Shown here: piece by piece, positions 54,310-64,000 of the stretch
Layout: the number at the start of each line of letters is the position of its first letter
How positions within the stretch are numbered: the stretch's first letter is position 1
Position numbers and translations under genes: made by a program
Notes under the pieces: model-generated
Told to the model about the DNA's origin: nothing
The model's database searches: none
What the model saw: the letters and a program-made list of their open reading frames with translations, nothing else
From: Rhizophagus irregularis
Lineage: Eukaryota
Length of the DNA: 64,000 nt
Assembly (NCBI RefSeq): GCF_026210795.1
Contig: NC_089434.1
Location: 5,580,001 to 5,644,000, forward strand
Reading direction: 5' to 3'

Positions 54310-55988
54310 ACAATTAAAACATTTGCTTGCAAAAAAAAATCAACATATGAAGAGAGTAGAAAATTTATGAGGCTAAGAAAAAAAAAATGGTACAAAAAAT
54401 TTGCAACAATTTGATTTGAGAATTTTTAAATAGAAAAAAAGATAAGAAAATAGATGAACAAGCAGGAAAAAAAAGATGACAAATATAGTTTCTAAATATT
54501 TAGTAATTGATGAAATTGAATTAATTAATTATTAATTTATTTTATTTGTTTTATGTTATTATCTATTTTTTTTTATTATTATTATTTTGAAATAAAAAAG
54601 TTAATAAACAAATAAGCCATAAAAATTGACGAATCAGATATTGTGCACGCTAACAAGAAAAATCAGGTGATTTTTTTTAAAAAATGAGATCACAAGTATG
54701 AAGCTTATACGGCTGACGAGTAATGTACTGCTATCTATCTATGGTTTTTTTTTGCTTCCAAAATATGCCAGCATCTTTTAAAAAAGTTTGAATGCTCATT
54801 TTTGGTTATTTTGTACTTATTTTTTTCGTAAAACCTACTTCCATATTTAACGAATTAAGAGATATACCTTTACACGACGAGCTCATATACTGCAATTTAA
54901 TTGGGTTTCTCTTAAAAAAGATTCTAACACAGCGGGCATAAGCAGTACATGAACCCAGTCCCCCTTTTCCACAAATATTAAAAAAATGGCTTATCATTTT
55001 ATATGCTATATAAACAGGTTGGCTTACACCCTAAATATTAAAAGATTCGAAAAATAAAATTAAAAAAATTTGTATTTCCTATTAACATATTCTAATCTTT
55101 TTGTAAATCCTTCTTTTCCTGGTAAGATTTATGTTGTTTATAATTAATTTTGATTTATTATTTGATTATTGGTTGAAATCAAAATAAATATTATAAGTAT
55201 TATTATACGATAGAATATTATAATAGAAATTAATAGTGTCCCGGACATGTCCGCGCTCTGTCCGTACTCTTCTGTAACTTAAAAAACTCTAAAAACTCTA
55301 CAAAAATTATATATATTTATGCATAATTGGATGCTAAACATTTTTGCTAAGTATCGAACAAGGTTATCATAGTAAAATTTTGAGGGGTTATCATTTCGGA
55401 CATTGTCCCGTGACAACACTTCCAGGTATAGTGATCGTAAATCTTTATTCTAAATAGTCACTTTTTAATTTCATTTTAAGCTCTTTTTTTTTTACTTTTA
55501 TTTAAGTTAGGACAAAATGTGTTAAGACCGAAGACAGAATTAAGAAAGGAAAGGAATTAGAAAGAAAAGATTAGTCTCGTGTCCTATTATCGTCAAATGC
55601 AAGATATGGATTCTACAGAATACGGATCACAATAAAAGATGATTTCAAAAGTGATCCGTAACATATTTAATTTTAATATTTTAAATTGTTTTATTATATT
55701 ATTTATTTAGAGTCCATTCTTCTTTACCGAGAAGTGGACTCATATTTTAACGATATCCAATATAGCAAAATTTAAAAGAATTCCATGTCAAAGGAATAAA
55801 TTTAGATCTCTGGATTCTCCGCCCAAATCTTATTAAGCTGGTGCAGAAACATTAAATTAATTCTTGATAGTTGTCATTATCTAGAGAATATTAAAATTTT
55901 TTATGAAAATCAATTAATACGAAAAACCATTTCTATTCACCATTTCACCATATTATGTTTCTATTCACGAAAAAATTTTAAAATAAAG

Positions 55989-56122
55989 TATTGCCTTAGT
56001 AATAAACACCCCAAAAATAAGCACCCTGGCCAGAATTATGGCGATTTTGGCCAGAATTATGAGGAACTTGGCCGGCATTAAGTGCAAAAAATGGGGTGCT
56101 TATATACCGCAAAAATACGGTA
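55989..56122. mobile_element. Possible small TA-flanked MITE relic
   Basis: ATAAGCACCC / GGGGTGCTTAT inverted motifs around TGGCCAGAATTATG repeats; right end ..AAAATACGGTA. The TGGCC motif also occurs at 6260-6410 and 63765-63805. Confidence 0.4.
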
Positions 56123-56628
56123 ATTAAATTCGCAAAACAAGTACGTAACATAAATGGGAAAAAGTATCTCATATGGTATTAACCGGATGGCGCAAAATTC
56201 AAAAAAAAAATTCAAAAAATTTTATAACTTCAGCAAAATTTTTCATTAATTCTCGAAATGGGGCATGTACATAGTATGATAAGTAGAGGACAAGAATACT
56301 TTACGTTTATTATATTGATTATACAAGTTTATATCGAGATATACGAATTATAATTTTATCCCAATTGCATTAGTATCAATATTTTAATGCTATCCGGAAT
56401 TAAATTTGTCATAAAAAATTTTTATTTACATGGTAATTTAAAAAAAAATCTTAATCATATAAATTTTAAACATAGAAATCTTAAATTTTAAATACATTAA
56501 ATACATAAATAAAAAAAACTTTTTTTAAAAAATACCGAGATATTTCCTTTTTTTTTAATTCTACAATTAAGCAGAATTGTTTCATTACTTCCAGTAGCGC
56601 TCTCTTTGATTATTAACCAAAAAAGCTT

Positions 56629-56811
56629 TTGTTGCAAAAAATATTATACCATCAAACATCATTCTTTCAGATGCCTGATTTATTGCAGGATGATCCTTCA
56701 TTCATGTCCCTTAGTTGTCTTTTAGTTAATAGAGCTTGGTGCTACCTAATCAGTGAAAATTCAATCAATGATTTAATAATTTGTTTAGGAGCAATTGAGC
56801 AAAGTAACTGA
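56629..56811 (+). pseudogene. F-box gene fragment
   Basis: LQDD..SLSCLLVNRAWC matches the SCLLVNRxWC signature of the expanded Glomeromycotina F-box family; truncated. Confidence 0.55.
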
Positions 56812-58868
56812 TTATAAGATTCCTAACATTACCTTTAACAGTTAAATATAACTGATCTCACTTGCTCAGCTCATTGGCTCTATAGAAATTATTGGGTTCA
56901 GGAAATCTAATAAGATAGAAATAATCATGTGAATAAGACTTTTAATTTGCTGAGCCACTAATTTAATTTTCACGAACCTTTCTACGTATTCACATAGTTT
57001 CCCTCCCTATTATGACCCATAAAAAATCGATTCAAGGCGCAATACCAAGAGATTCATTACGACTATAAGAAAAAGAATAGACTTGAATAATAAATATTCA
57101 TGAATTATACTATCACATTGTTGATGAGAAGCAGAAAAAACGTACTTACGTGTTAGTTGCATCCACGAAAGAATAAAAACCATCTCCTTCTATAACAATG
57201 TGTACTCCAGCTCAACCGTCGAACCTGTAATTATAATTAAAAAAAAGTTCAGTACGTTAGTCGAATATTAGAAATATAAATTTATGGTACATATGTTTTT
57301 TAGTTTTTCTTACCAGAGGAAGCTCTCAAGAGCTTGTGGAAAAATTAAGGAATTCGGAGTTCATTTTATCTAAAAAAAAATCATCTTTTTTTTTTCGTAG
57401 GACAACGCCGGCTTTCGGTAGTAAGCCTCCAAAAGAATACATATTAATTTTTGAAACTTGTTTTTAACGATAAGCTAAGAAGAAACAAATAAGGCCGTTT
57501 ATGACCGATGATATTGTAGTGCCAAAGGTAGAAATAATGACATTTTTTCGCGGATCCTAAGCTGCATAATTTCTTTAGATATCAATCCAATCATTATCTA
57601 AAAATAGATAACAATAAAAAAACTCTCCAACCCAAATTATATCATTAATAGCAATTTTATTCTTTTGTTCGCTGGCGATCTGTTTTCACATGATTAATGT
57701 CATTGAAAATTATTAACTGCGGTTATAATGATTTTCGCGTAATTTACCATTTATAATGTTGCTATTTATTCTATATTGTTTCACACGTTGTATTTTAAAT
57801 ATAAGTTTGAAATTTATATTCTGAATTAAGTAATCAGCCGAATGAAATCTATAGATATTTATTTAATATCGGTTTAAAAAATTTCTCTATTTATTTCTCT
57901 TTAAACCAGAATTATTTTTTTCCTCCATACGATTCGCAAAAAATTGAGAGATTATTAATAAGAAATTCTGAAACATAAAAAAGAAAGTAGCCTAAGTTTT
58001 ACTGTATCATCAATTAATATAAATATATTATCTAAAAGAGTTGCATATAACATTGCTTTATAAAATCGTATTTATGAATCGAAAAACAGCCACTAGACTT
58101 TAAGATCTGCCAATGTCAATTCTTAATTAAATATTGCTATTGTTCAGTCGATTAGGAATATGCGGGATTTTAACTGACCGATATTTTTATGAGACATCCA
58201 ATATTGAAATCAGTATTAGTAGCATTAATTCCTATTGGTCACCGCAGTATTCCTAATGACCGAACTATAACTCAATTTTTGGATAGGGGATATCGGTCTT
58301 CGACCGATATCTCTATCCCCCCAATCCAATAACTATTTAATATTGAATACTATAGATTATTTGAATATGACTGGAGAAATTGGCGTTTGGAAATACTGAA
58401 ACATGCATGCATGCATCTTTCGACACTTCATGATAAAATAAATTTAATCAACCCATTTGTAAAATTCTTACCAGCTTCTTTTGTTTTACTTTTTTAAGTC
58501 TTTACTTAAATTATTTGATAAATAATACAATAACACAATCATGTAATATAATTTGTTGGCGTAGTAAAAATCCTAAGTCCTAACCCTATTATTACATATG
58601 TATTTAACTTATTAAATAAAAATTATACAACCACCATTGTTTGCGGGAATCGATCACCAAAAAACTACCACCCTTATTTTTTCTTTGATTTTTTTTTTGT
58701 ACGTATTTTTTTGTCCATTATTGATAAATAAATTTATAAATTAGTTAAATTCTATGCGCATAAGTACTAATGAGATAAAATAACTAATACAAAAATATAC
58801 TATACAAACTGATTTGTGAGTCCAAGCTTTACTTCGCGCTTGGTTAATAATTTCAATTAAATGTCTTA

Positions 58869-60852
58869 TTAATGATTTATGCTATTGCCATCAATCGCAT
58901 CATTTCCAATCGCTTTATTTCCAACATCTTTCCAACACCAAATCGAAGCGTCATCACAAACTGCTACAATCCATTGTCTATCTTTTGAAAAATCAACTTG
59001 TCGAATTATGCTCTCACATGATAATGATTCAAGGATAATAGGTTTCTTAATATCTGCACTTTCACTTACATGAGAACTACTTCCACTTACTAATGTATCA
59101 GTTTTATCACTAGTCTTTTTATTAGCAACGGAAGTACTGCCTTTCTTTTTTGTAGCTTTTTCCTTTTTCGTTCCCGAATACTCTGCTTTTTTCTTTTCGA
59201 TATAATAATCAATATAATGTGGAATATCCTGAAAATCCCATATATAAATTTGCCCTGCTTGATTCCCTGTCGCAAGCATTCGATAGTCATATGAAATTCC
59301 AAAGCGAAGAAACCAAATATCACAATGTTCAAATTCCATTTCACAAATTATATCAAAATTTGATTGTATCTAGAAAGTTAAACACATGAATATTAGAAAA
59401 TAAAAAAAAACCAAAAAAACAATTTTAATTTATCGGATGAAATTTATACATGTTCTTACTTTACTAGGGACAGCTGGTCCACCTACGACTACCGATGTGA
59501 CGGTAGACTTATCGAACGCCATTAATTCTACGTCAGGCTTCCACAATACAATCTTCGCATCAGCAGCACATCTCGACATTAATAAATCACCATACCATCT
59601 TACACAGTCAACAAAGTTATTGTGCAATTGTGCTGTTGAAAATATTGGATAATGCACAATTACTGGAAAAGGTGTTGTACCATGCGATGAACAACAATTT
59701 TTTTTTTTCTGGCAGTGGTGAGATGGCGACGATCTTGAATTATATGATGATTCTATTGTATTTTTAATTATTGGAGTACATAACGTCCATATTTTCACTG
59801 CGTTATCCATTCCAGAAGAAACCAAGAAATCACCAGTTAAATGCACATCCTAAAGAATTAAACTTTCATAAGCATTCATCAATAAAGAAGAATTTCTCAA
59901 TGACATATTTGGGAACATTACAATGCTTAAAACTGGTTCACGATGGCCACGATCTCCACCAAAGACCACAACAGGTTGCATAGTCTTTAAATTCCATAAG
60001 CGTATAGAAAAATCTTTACTTGCGGAGAAAAGTAGTGAAGGATCTCTTGGATGAAATTTAATTTCATTAACTTCCTGTATTAAAAAAAATTTAAATTTAA
60101 ATTTAATTATAAAAATTCATTATAAAGTTAATCATATAAATTGAATTATATCAAACTTACACCACCGTGCCCTGTAAGAGCCTATGAATATGAAATATTT
60201 AGTCATAAAACAACTAAATCAATTTGCAATATAATTTTGTTATTATACCTTTATAGCCGATCCTACACTAGTGTTTAGAATTTTAATAATTCCTGTAGCT
60301 CCAGCAACAGCAAGTAATGGCGCTCCCACGTTCGGATCAATAGACCAAGCGCAACAATAATAATTTTCTCCTTCCTACGATATAAACAAAAAAAAACTAA
60401 TAATTAATATATCAAAACCATAAAAAAAAATACACATGTAAATTCGATTTAAACAACTTACATTTTCGTCCACATAAGTTTGGAGTATGCTAAGTGCCAC
60501 TTTGTTATCGTCAAAACGGGCAATTATAATCTAAGAAATAAAAAATTATATAATAAAAAGTTAATAACGTAATTATTATAGGGTGATAAAAATGGCGCGT
60601 TTAATACATTAAACCAATATACTTACATTACGTCCACCAACAACAGCGAAAACAATGTTATTTTGTGGGTCATGGTGATTAAAACTCACGCCAAAGTAAG
60701 AAGCTTTTGCCGGATCCTTTCTTTTGCAAATGTAATTGTAACAGTATATGCGTTTGAATTGTTTTAATAAATAACAAATTTTAAATCATTTAAAAGTACT
60801 TTGTCTATACCGTCAAAGTATGTTTCAAACAGTATTTCTCTAGTTTCGACAT
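58869..60852 (-). CDS. EED: Polycomb PRC2 WD40 subunit EED/ESC/FIE, 8 exons
   Basis: Spliced [35 protein letters not shown]|..[32 protein letters not shown]..|[76 protein letters not shown]..|..[29 protein letters not shown]. Confidence 0.95.
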
Positions 60853-61633
60853 GTGAATATTCGAAGTAAAACTACTTTTTATTTATTACTAGGGAAAAGT
60901 TCGAAATGCTAAACGACTGTAAAAATTACATTCTATACGTATGCAGTATGCACTATGCAGTAACACAAAGCATTTCTTTTTTTTAGAAGTCACGTGGTGA
61001 ATTAAATATCTTACATTTTTTTTTTCTTACTTTAGAAAGACAAAAAGTGTGCACCCCTACGGGACCCACCCTTTGATATAGTTCTATGCTTACATTTTAT
61101 TTTATTTTATTTTTATTTCAAGAACAGATTGCTAACCCTTAAAAAAGGGCAGCTGAATATTCAAGAATATAAGATACCAGCAATCGGAGAGATAAATAAA
61201 CGGTTTCACTTATAAACGAAAATTATGAAAATTATGAAGCATTTATTTCATGAGAAGGATACTAACAGGCGATTGATATCACAGTTTCTATTTTTATCAA
61301 ATTATGAAAATAATACTTTATTAATAATATAAATAAATACAATAATGTGCTTGATTTAATAATATTAGATAATAAAATAAATAATTATATCAAAATTTCA
61401 AATTGCGATAATTTTCCCATATTAATAACCTTTAATTCCATTAAATTACTTAATGTGGCAATTTTTCATTATAAGAAAAATGCTAAAAGAGTCAAATTAT
61501 TATTATTAAGATGAATTGTAATACTTAACCATTTTCAAAATTCGTAAAATTAAGATTGTTATTTGGGAAAGTCATATTATCCTTGGAATTTATATTTGTT
61601 TTTGTTACACTAAAATTATAATCTCCTTGTGGA

Positions 61634-62264
61634 AACAGGGCGGACATCCCCATATTATCATGATATTGCCGATCATTTTGCTGATCACTTGTCCAATATT
61701 ATCACATAAAAAAATACGTTGAATTAATTTTTTCACAAATTCTACATAATAATGTATAAAATTTCGATTTTATTTACTTTATTTTATTTATTGTTAATAA
61801 ATTAGTTCTTAAATAATTCATAAAGATTTTGTCAAATATCAGACATATATTAATTTTACAATAATTGTAAACATTTATTTAATGATAACTTTCGGGTTAT
61901 CAAAAATTATTCAGGTTTATTTTAGCCACTAATTCTTGAATACCTAAATAGCATACTGTGAAAGTTTCAAGTTTGGCCCGAAGTTCTGTGGCTTGGCCCG
62001 AAGCTTCAAAGTCAAATTAGCAGATGATCAGCATATATATGAATTATTGAAAATTTCAACCTAAGGCTAAATTTGGAACCATATTTTATTTTGCTACAAT
62101 ACTTTTATATTTAACTATTGATAACCTAAATTATTAAACAAGGCAGTTAAATATAATTTTTAGAACATTTATAGCTTGAGATAAGGCTTCAAAGTTAATG
62201 TGATATCACATTTATTATGATCGGCAAATGATCAACATGTGATATAGGGTATGTCCGCCCTGTT
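61634..62264. mobile_element. 631-bp MULE-type MITE
   Basis: TIR AACAGGGCGGACAT / ATGTCCGCCCTGTT; exact 9-bp TSD CCTTGTGGA (61625-61633, 62265-62273). Confidence 0.9.
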
Positions 62265-62274
62265 CCTTGTGGAT

Positions 62275-63134
62275 AGCATAGCGAACATCTCTATTTTATC
62301 ACAAATTTGCCAATCATTTGCCGATCATTTATTTGATCTTATCACATAATACATATGTCGTGACAAATCAATTTTACACAATAATAAATATAATAAGTGT
62401 TTAAAATTTACAAATAACTTCACAGAATTTTAATTTTAATTAAAAATTTATATAAAACATAAAAATTAATACAAATACTAATAATTATATTAATAATTTA
62501 ACCATGTTTAGTATAATATTTCAAACAGGTTATCTATATTACTTTCTATTATTTCTAAATTATTTTCAATATTCTCATCATTATTATCTTCACTTAAACT
62601 ATTATCATCTTCATCTTCAACTAGAAGTTTTTCATTATCTTTAATGATGTAAATAATCTTTTTTATTAGAAATATATTAATAACAAATAATTGGCTAATT
62701 TCTCTATAAGCAAAGAACTTGCATTATGGGTCAAAACCTTGCATTATTTTTTTTACAGATTATATATAATAAAAGGAATGTTCATGCAAAATTTCAAGTT
62801 TCAGCTTTGCGTATTTGGCTTCGGCCTTCAATTTTTATCCTGAAACTTCAAATTATCACATATTAATAATTTTGCATATAAAAATTAAAAATTATATAAA
62901 TTATTTAATTTAAAGTTATACAACAATAAAAGGTGGCATATTTTATTTTTTTCTTATTTAGGCATTTACTTTGCCTTGCACTTTTTCATAATTTAATCAT
63001 TTTTTAATAAAATAAAACTTGTGATCGGCAAATGATCGTCAAAGTGATATAAAGCATGTTAAAATAGCAGTATGTAAGCAGTTAGTATTTTTGTCAATAT
63101 AATTATTTTTTAACTACGTGAAATTTGCTATGCT
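62275..63134. mobile_element. 860-bp MULE-type element with AGCATAGC termini
   Basis: AGCATAGCGAA / TTTGCTATGCT; 9-bp TSD CTTGTGGAT (62266-62274) vs CTTATGGAT (63135-63143), 1 mismatch; same terminal 8-mer as 22514-24012. Confidence 0.75.
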
Positions 63135-63666
63135 CTTATGGATACTGTATAATACTTTAAAATCAAAAATTCCCACAAATATTATTTTTATACTTCTCAG
63201 TAGAATTAAAAAGTCAATGTCAAAATATTATGGCATAGCCAAAAACAATTACGTTAGTACAAATGTTTACTAATAAAACATATAATTACGGCAAATTACG
63301 GCATTTTAATTACGTCTGTCATAATTCAAAAATTCAATTTCGCTGATAAGTATAATTATTTCTACAAATTATTTTGTATCTCTAAAATATTTCCACAAAT
63401 TAAAAATCTTTGTTTTCTTTTATCCATAATGATTATACTTGCCACCCATATTAAATGAGATGGGAGAATCTCCTATCTTATCCCATTCCATTTGCCAAAA
63501 TCCCATCCCAAATTCCAAATTCCAATCCCACCCATATCACATATCCCATATTCCATCCCATATCCCAAATAATTTCATTGGTCAATTATCACATGATGTT
63601 ACACAAATTTCCAAAAAAAGGAAATTTTGCTTTCCACAAAATTGGGAGATTTTGATTTCACAAGTA

Positions 63667-64000
63667 CAGTCAACTCTCTTTATAGTCACACATTTGGGAC
63701 AGTCCATATTTGGTGATTATAAAGAGATGTGACTATATAAAAAATTTCTTATATTAGTATATCATAATTCCGGCCAAAAATTGACATAATTTTGGCCAAA
63801 ATTATACTTAAAACTTTATTGTATCGTAACTCAGCCAATATTAATCGTAGAGGAATGATCTTACCGCCATTCGATTCGTCTCGATGAGACTGTTCTAATG
63901 GTATATAATACATTAAAATCTAATCACTAGATTAATTTCCGAAGTTAAAAAAATATTAATGGTTTTTGTGTAATAACTCTGCCAATATTGATCCTAGAGA
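63667..64000. mobile_element. Left end of a Tc1/pogo-like element, cut by the window edge
   Basis: TA|CAGTCAACTCTCTTTATAGTCAC followed by an inverted internal copy (GTGATTATAAAGAG); the other end is not in the window. Confidence 0.5.

Overview
AT-rich, intron-containing eukaryotic DNA dominated by transposons. Gene families and intron style suggest an arbuscular mycorrhizal fungus (Glomeromycotina, Rhizophagus-like); this is inference, not a database result. Host genes: an EED/ESC (PRC2 WD40) gene, a two-repeat Myb gene, a SAM + Crinkler-type kinase gene, an intronless membrane protein and several relics. Mobile elements: a FLYWCH-MULE interrupted by a hAT-type insert; a 15.5-kb nest (TA-flanked TIR element containing a 13-kb three-gene CMC/EnSpm-like element, a MITE and a gene-carrying MULE-type element); a RAG1/Transib-like element with a convergent C2H2 gene; and many MITEs with readable TSDs. 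The most notable observation is an APE-RT-RNase H non-LTR retrotransposon inserted twice, as two diverged copies, into the same 15-bp site (TGGTTTTTGACTAGT) in the terminal inverted repeat of a CACTA-type foldback element. This suggests a sequence-specific retrotransposon that targets DNA-transposon ends. All coordinates were read by eye; exon boundaries and degenerate ends are approximate.
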